A DNA stretch of 64,000 nucleotides. Origin: Phyllosticta citribraziliensis. Lineage: Eukaryota. The stretch is taken from the NCBI RefSeq assembly GCF_038025025.1, contig NW_027117339.1, forward strand, positions 1,302,001-1,366,000, read 5' to 3'. Position 1 is the stretch's first letter. Every line of letters begins with the position of its first letter. Shown here piece by piece: positions 37,255 through 48,488 of this stretch. The notes under the pieces were generated by a model, which was not told the DNA's origin, did no database searches, and worked only from the letters and a program-made list of their open reading frames with translations. Both the position numbers and the translations under genes were made by a program.

Positions 37255-38868
37255 ATGGCAAAGAGGAAGCTTGACGCTGTTGACGCTTCGGCGTCCAAGA
37301 AACCTCATCGCGCAGGCTCTTCGAATTCCGCCTCATCTCCCGATGCGCCCGCGGAACCCGTCTCTCTGCAAATCGTCACCGGCTCCTACGAGCGCGTCCT
37401 GCATGGTCTCATCGCAACAGTAGAGCCCCAGCCCCAGGCCCAGACCCAGACCCAGGACAAGCCCGCCAGTTCGGTCAAGTTCGCCGACACCTTTCTCTTC
37501 AACGCTCACGCCTCTGCCATCCGCTGCATCGCTCTCTCGCCGCCATCCGAGGGCTCAGATCCTCACTCCCAAAAAGTTATCCTAGCCAGCGGCAGCACCG
37601 ACGAGCGCATCAATCTCTACAACCTGTCGACCGCACCACCCCCCAAAAATGCTCAACCGTCGATACCTAGCCTTCATGGCACTGCAATCACCCAAAATCC
37701 GAAAAATCGAGAACTCGGAGCCCTGACGCACCACTCCGCGACCATTACCTGCCTCAAATTCCCCAGCCGCTCCAAGCTATTCTCCGGCGCAGACGACAAC
37801 TGTGTTTCGATATCAAGGACACGCGATTGGACCATGCTTTCGAGCATCAAAGCCCCAATACCCAAAGCGCAAGGAAGGCCGAGCGGAGACACCGCCGCGC
37901 CGGGCGAGGTTCCATCTGGCATCAACGACTTCGCAGTGCATCCCAGTCAAAAGCTCATGATCAGCGTGAGCAAAGGAGAAAAATGCATGAGGTTGTGGAA
38001 CGCCATGACCGGAAAGAAGGCCAGCGTTCTCACGTTTGACCGCGATCTGCTGCAAAATGTGGGCGAGGGTAGGTGGTCATCGGGCGAGGGGCGCAAGCTA
38101 GAATGGGATCCTGAAGGCGAAGAATGGGTAGTAGCTTTCGAGCGCGGCTTTGTCACATATGGCCTTGTAAGTCACCAACCCTGCCCAAATTCCCAAATTT
38201 ACCGCCCACTCCCCAGCGAAAACATGGGTACGTACCAGAAATGCTAACCAACTATGTCTCAGGATTCGCGCCCTAAAGCCCAAACCCTTCCCCGCCCAAT
38301 GACGAAGCTCCACCAACTGCACTACGTTCCCAACCTCCCGTCGTCTGCTGGCCCCGTTCTCGCCGTCTCGACCGAAGACGGCCGCATTCTCTTTTACTCT
38401 TCCGCCTCCACCGTCACCCCCGCCGCCTCTTCAGACGCCGTCAAGAAGGGCCGCGAAGTTTCGGTGCCCAGCTGCAGACTCCTTGCACAGCTTGGTGGGC
38501 GGACTGCAGGGCTCACCAGCCGCATCAAGGACTTTGAAATCCTACCCGTGGCGGAGGGCGCTGATCGGTACTTTATCATTACGGGCTGTAGTGATGGCGC
38601 AGTGCGAGTATGGCGTCTGAATGGAGAGGACCTGTTGTCTGAAATTGAGGAAAAGGACGAGGCGAGCGATGCCGTAAAAGAGAAGGGACCGAACGTCAGC
38701 AACACCCTGGGCGCGAAGCAGGTTGGTGAGCTACTGGGCGCGCACGAAGGCGGCAACCGCATTACGTGTCTGAAGGCCTTTGTTATGACAGGCGCACCGG
38801 AGGAGGCGGACGCCTCGAAGGAAGAGGAGGACGAAGCCTCAAGCAGCGATGACAGTGACAGCGAGTAA
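37255..38868 (+). CDS. MAK11: 60S ribosome biogenesis WD40 protein Mak11 (PAK1IP1-like)
   Basis: Exons 37255-38166 and 38263-38868. Motifs: MAKRK, QIVTGSYERVLHG, FLFNAH, LASGSTDERINLY, INDFAVHPS.KLMISVSKGEKCMRLWN, RIKDF, RITCL. Confidence 0.88.
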
Positions 38869-40281
38869 TTCCACCTGCATCAGCATCGGCATTGTCCAGC
38901 TTCAGCACTGCGGTTCTTTTGGTCTTGATTGTTGAAAAAAGCGCATGTTTGAGCGAGTTTCTGCCATGGCCTTTTTGCACCGCAACTCTAACGATACCCT
39001 CATCCACACGTAGTTTCATCCATCCAACCTAGCACCCTTCGCATCCCAATCCTTTTACGCGCCTCACTTTTTGGTTGCAAGATTGCAGCAGTGTTTCGAG
39101 ACTCTTCTTCCCAAGGGATTCGCACGTCTTCATCGCGCGCCTCACGCCACCATCTAGATCGCAGCACCCTTAGACGGAGGACTCCTTGCCCAACCAAGTA
39201 TAAAATTACCCCCCCTTCGAGTTGGTAGATTGTAAAAGTCGCCGATATCGCGTCGCGAACTTACCAAAGATTTTCTCTACTGGTGTAATTACTGAAAATG
39301 TTCTCCACGAAGGCATTCTTTACAGTAGCGCCGGGTTCTCTCAGCCGCAGCTAAAGGATCAGAGACGATATTTTTCACTTTCGAAAATTTCCTGTACAGA
39401 CTGCAAAAGCCAGCTATGCCATCAGGCTAACATGCCACCATCTAGGCTGTGGTGCGACACCCCATCACGAGGACCTTCCATTTTGCTTCTGGGCTGCGCC
39501 GAGGTGGTGGCGACCTATCGTACCTACCAACCGCCGGCGCGTTGACACCTCGTGTGTAAGGCACGGCAGGCAGACGAGGGAGCAGACGGACTGGTCCGTA
39601 GCCGGGAGCCGGACGGACCCGTGAGACCAACTCAAGGCAAGGTAGCTCTCCGTCCAAGATAGTTGCTGGCCAGACTAGCAGGGGAGGGGCGCTTTCGACT
39701 GTGTCTCATCAATCAGACGCGCTCGAGGCACGCGTCTGTGACCAATTTTATTTGTCTACTTTTTGGCCCCGTGGCGTTTCTGCCTTTAGCCATATGTTCA
39801 CTTCATGGCATGTTTGTGGATATCGCGGGGGGGACAGATGGGCACCTGACGACGCGTAGAAGCAGCCAGCAGCTCTTGCTCAAAAAAGGGGGAGAATATA
39901 GAAGCGCCAACAGCAACCATGGCGGCAGCTCTTCATGTCTTAAGTCCTGAAATTTCAAAATGGAAATGGTCAATTCTTCAACTTATGCTCTAAAGAGGTA
40001 TTCTAGTCGCGCAAATTCGCTTTCTCAATCTCGCTCATACGCTTCCCCTCATTCTGAACCAATCGTGTTCCAATCCAAGGCTATGGTGCCAGTCAAAGAA
40101 GACTCTTCAACACAGTAGCAGGAGATCGTGACGTGAGGGAGAAAATGGTGTTTGTACACAGTCTGTCTAAGTAAGAGGCGTCAATAGTCGTAATGATGAG
40201 TGGGTCCAAAGAGTGCTGGCCAAAAAAGAAGGAGCTGTGTCAAATTGGTTGGAGAGTTGGTGATTGGATCGAGCTTGCGGA

Positions 40282-42625
40282 TCATTTTGAATCGCAGTAC
40301 CCAGGAGCTTTCGCACTGTCGCCGTTGATCCAGCTGCTGATAGTAAGAGTGGACGTATAGGCCATGACAACCATGCCGAAGATGCAGAGAAAGACGTCGC
40401 TGAAGCGTTGCCAGAAGGTGCGAGCTACGGCGCGGTAATGCAACAGGGGCTGTCACTTTGGTTAGCATCTTTCTCGAGTTTGAAAGACTCTGGTAGGGAT
40501 GGCTCACCGGATAAATGTACACCAACGGCACACAAGCAAAGCTTCCAACAAGAGCAACAAACTTGTCCAAATCTCCAGCACCAACCCACGCAATCAAGGC
40601 GCAGGCAAAGACCATGCAGAAGCGGAAAATGTTCTTCTTCCACTTGATCCAGGGGTTGAACTTGCCCGTCTTGCTGAAGAGTTGCTGAGAACTAATCTCT
40701 ATCGCTGGGAAAATTTGCAGCGGAGTCGACAACAAGATGGCAAGGGAGTATATGAATTGAACGCCGTTGACAAACTTGTTGTCTTGCGGCATGTTGAGGA
40801 TGATGACGGTCTTGGTTTTTGAACCAAAAGCCGCGTATGACAGCGCGCCCATGCTGACGAAGATGACGGTAATGATCACCATGACGATGGCGAGGACGCG
40901 CGGGAATTTGGCGGGGTGCTTCATGCTGGATTGGATGGGGATGATTAAGCCGATGCCTTCGAATGTAAAGATTGCGGTGCCGATGAAGAGCGTCCAGCTG
41001 TTCGGGTTGAAGTTCTTGATGTCGGCGATGCCGTGCTGGGCAACAAGGGTCAAGATATCATAGTAGTACAGGTAGACCAGGCCCAGAACGATGAATGCAT
41101 CTGCGATCAAAGCGAGTTTTTGGATGTGGTTAATGTTGCGGTACAGCGACAGAGGGAGGAAGATGACCATTTGCATCAAGATCATCCACTTGATGTCGAT
41201 GAAGGTCTTGCATTTCGAGACAGCTTCAATGAAGGCCTGGAGATTTTCGGACACAAAGACGATGTATGCCGAGGAGAACCCGATTTGGCTGACCACGAGG
41301 GAGATGTTGATCAGGTTGCGCATCCACTTGCCGTACAAGTGGTAGCCCATGTCTCCAAAGGACGCATGCACGTACAAGCGAGTCGTGGTGAGCAGCACGA
41401 AGCAGTAGTAGCTGAGCGCTGCGACGAAGAGCAGAACGAGGTTGCTGAAGAGCATGCCACCGTTGAGAAAGGCTCTGGGCAAGAAGAGAACGCCGGTACC
41501 AACGAAAGACTTGAGGAGCAACATGGCAGCGCCAGAAGGACTGCCTTTGCCCGAAGACCTCTCTCTTTTTCTTCTCCGCTTCTGACCCGGCGCCAGAAGC
41601 GCACTGTGCTCGGTTGGACGTTCTCCCTCGTCGCTGGACTCACCGGCCGAGCCTTCGTAATTGTCGGACGAGAAATATTCGTCGGGCCCCAGTGCTTCGT
41701 CGTCCTCTTCGAGCTCCTCACCAGCAAAGTGTCCGTACAGACTGAGGAATTCGATGAAGTTATTGGTGAAGACCTGAGGGTTCTGCGTTGCTTGCCTGCT
41801 GACACCATTGGAAGGCCCGGACGGACCAGGAGAGGTGCTGTCTGCAGTCCTGCGAATGTAGTTTCTTCGGAACCCACCTGGTTGTTTGATGGTCTCGATG
41901 TCCAAATTCTGGTCTCTCGGCTTGGGGCGCGCGGCATGAAAGCTGCGACTTCTTCGGGTGTGTCCGCGAGCTTCGGCTTCTTGCTGTTCTGTCCAGCGGT
42001 AGATTTGCCTGTGGATATCTCCTCCCTGAAGCTGCAGACTGCTGAAATCTTCTTCGTCGACTGCATCGTCGTCGTAATCCGAACCCTGTATGGCGCTGCG
42101 CTTCGGAGACCCATAGACACCTGCAAGATTGGTGCCAGAACCCCCGCCCCCTACCAAGTGTCTCCTTACGATTTCATGGTCCTCCAACCGTGCGCCTGGA
42201 CTTCCGCCTTTTCCAGACCCCAGTGATCCATAATTTGGATTGGACAGACGGGCCGTTTGGTCAAGCGCTGGGGAGACAGAGCGGAGCGGAGGGGTGATGT
42301 TGCGGGGAGGTGTTCCCCCACTGTAGGAGCTCTTCAGGGCATTGGCCAAAGCTGATTCTCCAGGTCCCCGGTACGACGACTTGCCGCTCTCCAGGCCAGG
42401 GAGCGGGGTGCGCGATTCTGTCGCATCGTCTGTTTGCAGCTGTTGGGGGACAGGTACCTGGCGAACGGGCGGAGTGCCGACAGAGGGTATGGGAGAGCCG
42501 AGGCGAGCCATCGAGTTGGCTCTCAACGGTGAGCCATCTGGTTGGAGACGATCTCTCGTGTCCGACGACGAGTTAGGCGCAGGCACCGGCCGCGGCTGGG
42601 AGTCTTCGGAGCGCTGTTCAGACAT
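40282..42625 (-). CDS. AVT3: Vacuolar amino acid transporter, Avt3/Avt4 family
   Basis: Exons 42625-40508 and 40449-40282. Motifs: LQGGDIHRQIYRW, PGGFRR, NFIEFLSLYGHFAGEEL, LLKSFVGTGVLFLPRAFLNGG, FTFEGIGLIIPI, PLVYIYP|PLLHY. About 11 TM segments. AVT3 versus AVT4 not resolved. Confidence 0.85.
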
Positions 42626-43182
42626 GGCTTGCGGGATTTTCGACGGACTGCAGGCGAATTGTACGCAGATGATGCAGTATCAGCCGGACGAGGGAAGGCT
42701 GGTTTGAGCTTGGGAGCTCGGCGGGCGGCGGTAGTTGCGGCAGAGGCTCAGAGGAGCGTCAAGTGCGCGCAGCGAGACGCGGAGCTGTAGGGAGAGCCGG
42801 AGGTGATGAGGGCGCAGTGAAGAGGTTGAAGGGAGGTGGGAGACGACGGAGAGAACATGGCCATGCAGCGTGGATGGGATGCCTCGTCAACAACTGAACC
42901 TAACCGCGGCTGCGCACCTGGTCATGTCCGTGATTCAACGGGCCCTCTGATTCGCCGCCGGAGCCAAGGCCTGGACTTCATGCCGCTACCACTACCACAA
43001 AACACCGCAGCAGCACCATTAATCCTGCACATCCCTTGACTTTGCCCGTCGCCGTCAAGAAGGAAAAATCATGTCGGCCTCCAACGTCATTACCCGTCGC
43101 CGCTGTCTTTTGTCCATCTGTCGCGCCCACGCTCTGTGCTGACCCGCAGTCTACTCTGCTACCCTCGCTGCACTGGACGGTC

Positions 43183-46100
43183 ATGTCCTCTCGCATGCCT
43201 CCCAAGTCCCACTCCAACTTCGCCACAAGGTCCGCGCAGGACTCCACAAAACAGCTTACACGCCGCTGGTCCATCTACTCGATCCAGCAGACCGCCGAGA
43301 CTGACCCTCTGTTGGCTCCTCCACGAACACCGAAAAGCACAGGTACTTCGCGCCCAAGTAGTACCGGCTGGACGTCCTTCTTTTCAAATCTCCTCGGCAC
43401 CTCCAAGAACACGCCCTCGGCCAGCCGAGCGACGTCTCGGGCACCCTCAATTGCGCCATCGGTAGGACCCAGCGCGAGGAAGAAACGCCATGTCCGAAAT
43501 GTTTCCTCCGCCTCTGGGAGGCGGTCTGTCTCGAATGCGGAGACTGCCACGTCTGAAAAGATGACGACTTTCACAGGCGTCTTCGTTCCCACGACCTTGA
43601 ACGTTTTGAGCATACTGATGTTCCTCCGCTTTGGATTCATTCTTGGCCAAAGCGGACTTTTGGGCATGATGGGTAAGTCGAGGCACGTCCTGCTTTGTCT
43701 TTCATACCAGACGCTTTGTCTCCACCACTATTGCATTCAAAAACAAAGCCGAGGCCGAGCATCCAGCCTTATATCGCGTTTGTTCCACTGGGAGCCTTGG
43801 CTTACTTGGTCCCTGTCATTTGTGCACATTTGCGCCCCGTCTACTTTGATTTAAATACTCCGCCTGGGTGATGCTGATTGGCTGACAGGTATGCTCATTG
43901 CCTGTTACGCCATCAATCTCCTGACGACCTTGTCCATATCTGCCATTGCAACCAATGGCACTGTCCGTGGCGGCGGTGCCTACTACCTGATATCTCGTAG
44001 CCTTGGCCCTGAGTTTGGGGGCTCGATTGGCGTTGTCTTCTATCTAGGCTTCGTCCTCAACACAGGAATGAATGCCGTCGGTCTGGTCACCTGCTTCACG
44101 GGCAACTTTGGCTCCTCAACAGGGACCCTGGCGCACTGGCTGCCAGAAGGATTCTGGTGGCAATATCTGTGGTCAACAGCCGTCCTAGTCATATGTACTG
44201 CAATCTGCTTTGCAGGAAGTGGACTATTTGCCCGGTGCAGCAACGGCCTCCTCATAGTCCTCCTTGTTGCGACGTTTAGCATACCAGTCTCTGCTATAGC
44301 TCGTGCCCCTTTTGAGAGCAAGAAATTCGGCATAGAGTTTACTGGCTTGAGCCTTGACACTCTGAGAGGCAACATGCTGCCGCACCTGACTTCTGGAGCA
44401 GCCGGCAGTCAGCTAAAAGGACGAGAAACGTGGCAAGACTTGTTCGGAATTCTCTTCCCTGCCACTGGAGGCATCTTTGCGTGAGTTTGAAATCCTCTTT
44501 CCCGCTAGCCTTGACTCAATCTCGTAGGGGCGCATCCATGTCGGGCGATTTGAAAAGTCCTAGCAAATCAATTCCAAAAGGCACGCTCCATGGACTCGCC
44601 TTGACATTCGTCACATACACGGCCGTGATTCTGGCTATGGCGATGAGCGTGACGAGAGCTTCTCTATATCACAACGCTAATGTCATTCAGCTGGTGAGTG
44701 TCACAACATCTCTCATGTCTTGGGCCTTTGCTAATTGTAGACCAACATTTCCGAGACACTCATTCTATTGGGAGAGGTTGCTTCGACCTTTTTCTCCACC
44801 CTCATGGGTGTCATTGGCTCAGCCAAACTTCTCCAGGCCCTCGCGCGAGACAAGCTGATTCCCGGACTCTCGATATTCGGCAAGGGCACCAAGGGTGCTG
44901 ATGAGCCCATCTACGCCATCATCATCACTTACGCCCTTTCTCAAATTGTCATGCTCGCAGACATCAACCAGATCGCCTCGTTTGTTACCATGACTTATCT
45001 AATGACGTTCATGGTGACAAACTTGGCCTGCTTCTTGTTGAAGATTGCTTCGGCGCCCAACTTCCGGCCGTCATTTCACTACTTCAACTCGTGGACTGCC
45101 GCTATTGGCACTGTCATCAGTGCAGTCATCATGTTCTTCGTTGACGGCTTTTCGGCAACGATTTGTTTCATTATCCTTACTTTCATTTTCCTTCTCATTC
45201 ACTACACGACTCCACCAAAGCCATGGGGCGACGTCAGCCAGAGTCTGATTTACCATCAAGTCCGCAAGTATCTCTTGCGCCTCCGTCAGGAACATGTCAA
45301 GTTCTGGCGACCTCAGATCTTGCTCTTCATCAATGACCCACGGCGGCAGTACAAATTGATTCAATTCTGCAACTCCATAAAAAAAGGTGGTCTTTTCGTC
45401 CTCGGCCACGTCATCGTCACCAACGACTTTGCTGGTGCTGTTCCTGAAGCGAAAGCACAACAGACCGCCTGGAAGAAGTACATCGACTTTTCCAGGATTA
45501 AGGCATTCATCAATGTTGTAGTATCTCCGGACATTGAGTGGGGAACACGAAATGTAGTTCTCAGCGCAGGCCTCGGGGGCATGAAGCCTAACATGGTCTT
45601 CATGGGTTTTTACAATCTCAACGACCTTCGGACGCATCCTCTGGCGAAGCGTTGCTCCTCAGTCGCATCTCGACACAATAACCCACCAAACAACAGCCTG
45701 AAGCCGAAGAGCAAGAGAAAACAAGCCGAGGAGGACAAATTCAAGGGAACTCTGCCCACCGATGCCATCCGGAAAGAGAGTGCCGTCAATCCTCGCAGCT
45801 ACGTCACCATTCTTGAGGACTTGCTCTTGCGGTTGCAAATGAACGTGGCTATAGCCAAGGGCTTTCAAGATTTGGACCTACCATTTCCAAAACCCTCGAC
45901 GGTCGAAAAGTGCCTTGGCATGCTGCATATGCGAGAGGCAGAAGAAGAAGAAAACACGACCAAGTACATTGACCTGTGGCCCATCCAGATGGCAGCAGAG
46001 ATTGCAGCAGCTGGTCCAAAGAGCTCTCAGAGCGTCTTGACAACCAACTTTGATACATACACTCTAATTCTGCAGCTTGGATGTATATTGAGCACTGTAC

Positions 46101-47548
46101 CCTCCTGGCAGCGGGCTTATACACTTCGCGTTGCAGTCTTTGTCGAGTACGAGTCCGATGTCGATGAAGAGCGCCGTCGCGTAGCCACCCTGCTCGCCGA
46201 CCTCCGAATTGAAGCAGAAGTGCTGGTATTTTGGCTTGCCTCTGGAAACCTGCAGACGTATGAGATCATTGTCAACGGAAATGTGTCTCCCGAGTACGCC
46301 GAAGTTCCCAAGGAAGTGGAAGAATCATTGAAGGACGAATTCTGGTGGGAAGATATGCAACGTCTCCGCAAGAGCCAAAGAGAACCGGCCACGCCTCAAG
46401 AGGAAATTTCGCGTCTTGAAGGTTTCCTTGAGAGCGCGAGCAACTGGCCAGGCACTTCATTCCTGCAGGGAGATCACGACGCCAAGCCAAAGCGATTCGC
46501 CGACTTGAAAAAGGCCCTCAAGACAAGACGCAGGACAAGCATGAGAAGTTTGAGGCAATTTGGAGTCAATTTGAACATGCGCACGCACGGACTGGATTTG
46601 GCCGGCGCAGAGTATGCGAGCGAGGATGCGTTGACGACAAGTTCGGACTCGGATGTCGAAGACGAAAACGCCGTGGCCAGCACCAACGAGGAGCCCGACG
46701 AGGTTGCAAGCGAAAACGACGTCGACGAAATCGAGACATGGAGCTCTGATGAGGAAGACTTGTTGCCACTGCGACGAGCCATTAGTGATCAGAAGGACAC
46801 CAGAGACCTCGCGATGCCGAGGAAGGCCATTGGTCGCGGTATCATGCCACCCCAGCGAAGCATGCCAGGTACTGAAAACCAGCGTCCACCACATGCAGGG
46901 CAATCCAGCCAGCCGAGCAAGGACCTTGGACACCCTTCTGACGCCACAGTTCGCGAGCAAATCTTTCCCAAGTTTACCTCTCAAAAACTGCCAGAGACAC
47001 AAGTAGCCACCGATGAGACTACCGGCCCGTCAATCATGTTTGCCGAACCACATACAGCCGAAGACCAGCGCCTGCGAGCCTCCATCTATGCTCGCGGTAC
47101 CTCGCCTGCCCGTGGCACTGGAGCGTATGGTTATCAAGCCGACGGCGCTGCGGGAGAGTCTTCCCAAGCGCAAACGGCGGCCAAGACTTCGGCTTCCTCG
47201 ACACACAGCCGCAACGACAGCCGAAGTCAGGGCCAGAGCGTAAACCAAAGCCTAGTACTACCTCTAGCAGGCCTACCTCCCGTCGGAACGGCAGCCGCGT
47301 TACCGTTGTCCTTCAACGACCTGCCGTGTCGGGCGCAACACTTGATTCTGAACGAGTTGATCAAGAAGGAGAGCGGGGACGGGGAAACGGCTGTGGTGTT
47401 CACGACGCTGCCGAGTCCCGTCGAGGGGACCTGCGAGAGTGAAGAGTCTTCAGTGCAATACCTGAGCGATCTTGAGGTCTTGTGCGATGGGCTGCCGCCT
47501 GTCGTGCTTGTACACAGCAACAGCCTGACTGTGACTATGAATTTGTAA
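43183..47548 (+). CDS. VHC1: Cation-chloride cotransporter (SLC12 family), vacuolar Vhc1
   Basis: Exons 43183-43672, 43889-44480, 44528-44693, 44741-47548. Motifs: GVFVPTTLNVLSILMFLRFG, SAIATNGTVRGGGAYYLISRSLGPEFGGSIG, GASMSGDLK, PNFRPSF, HVKFWRPQILL, C-terminal LTVTMNL. Confidence 0.92.
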
Positions 47549-47809
47549 GGCGCGAGGGTCAGCGGGAGTAAAGTGCAAAAGCATGGGCATTAGATGGGCA
47601 GCATTATGGAGTTCTTGTTGCATTCTCTTCAAAAGCATGGAATCAAACAAGCTTCTATTTTCCGAATTTGACTCTGGGTACCTGGCACACAGCTTTCCTC
47701 CGTCCATTGACGAGCCACCATGACGGTTGCAATCGCCTCAGAGACCAAGGCGATCCGTGTCAATCCCAGATTAATGATTGCCAGCGCAGGCTAAAACCTC
47801 GGCAGCGAA

Positions 47810-48488
47810 TTAATCGCCCTTAGCAGGTTTGAAGAACTGATGGAGGGTCGTCTGTCTTGCTTCGAGTACCTGAACAGGCTTGAAGTATCGGTCGATAGTC
47901 ATCTGTCCGTTCTCCAGGCCCTTGTTTGCTGCGCCAGAAGTGTCTCCCGTCTCTGGTGTTGATTTGGCCACGGTATTCGCACTTCTACGAGCTGAAAGGG
48001 CCTTAAAGGACCATTTGACAATGTCCAGAAACGCGCGCATCTCGGTAATCACCTTGGTGTCGTTCGGATGCGGGTCCTCCCGTTCCTGTCGTCTGCGTTA
48101 GCCAACCTCTTCGTCTCCCAAGTTCGGTCTCTGCTCACAGATTGGACAGCTTCGTCGATCGCATTAACAGCATGAAGTGCGTTTGTAAAATGGTAGCGAG
48201 GACCTCCGCCAGGCAGCACGATGAGAAGGGCCTCGTATCTGGCTCTAGAGTACAGATCCAGGTCGCTGTGGAGGAGCACTTGTTCGGCCAGGTCGCGGGC
48301 GATGTCGGGACGTTCATCCACGACTTCCTCGTCGATCTGTTGTTTTTATCATTTCAGTCGACCGTCCCTCTGAATTCAGGTCTCGTTTTACGTACGGCTG
48401 CCTCCTCCGACTCTCTGAAAGCGCCGAGAGTACTTGAGCGCACAAGAAGGCTGAGAGCTCACATGAGCTCAGGGAAATCAGAGGGCAT
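47810..48488 (-). CDS. Orphan protein (172 aa) with tandem C-terminal PIP-box motifs
   Basis: Exons 48488-48463, 48414-48396, 48336-48139, 48085-47810, joined by three GT-AG introns (48, 59, 53 nt; the last has a GCTAAC branch point). All junctions keep frame. An upstream in-frame ATG is possible. Confidence 0.65.

Noticed and set aside
39622..39634. Minus-strand TGAG-TTGGT-CTCA hairpin resembling telomerase RNA P6.1
   Set aside because: I found no TTAGGG-type template (e.g. TAACCCTAA) at a suitable position, and there is little room before the AVT3 3' end.
39690..39713. Minus-strand TTGATGA-GAC-ACA-GTC-GAAA resembling a hammerhead ribozyme core
   Set aside because: The core lacks C3, and I could not build stem III with a UH cleavage site.
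41033..42226. 397-aa plus-strand ORF, and similar long antisense ORFs over VHC1, the ERG26-like gene and ECM29
   Set aside because: These are shadow ORFs opposite real genes, expected from codon bias.
43889..43894. GTATGC donor-like sequence directly after the VHC1 intron-1 acceptor (recursive splice site or stwintron)
   Set aside because: These bases encode the expected G-M-L of the transmembrane helix and are needed for the frame.
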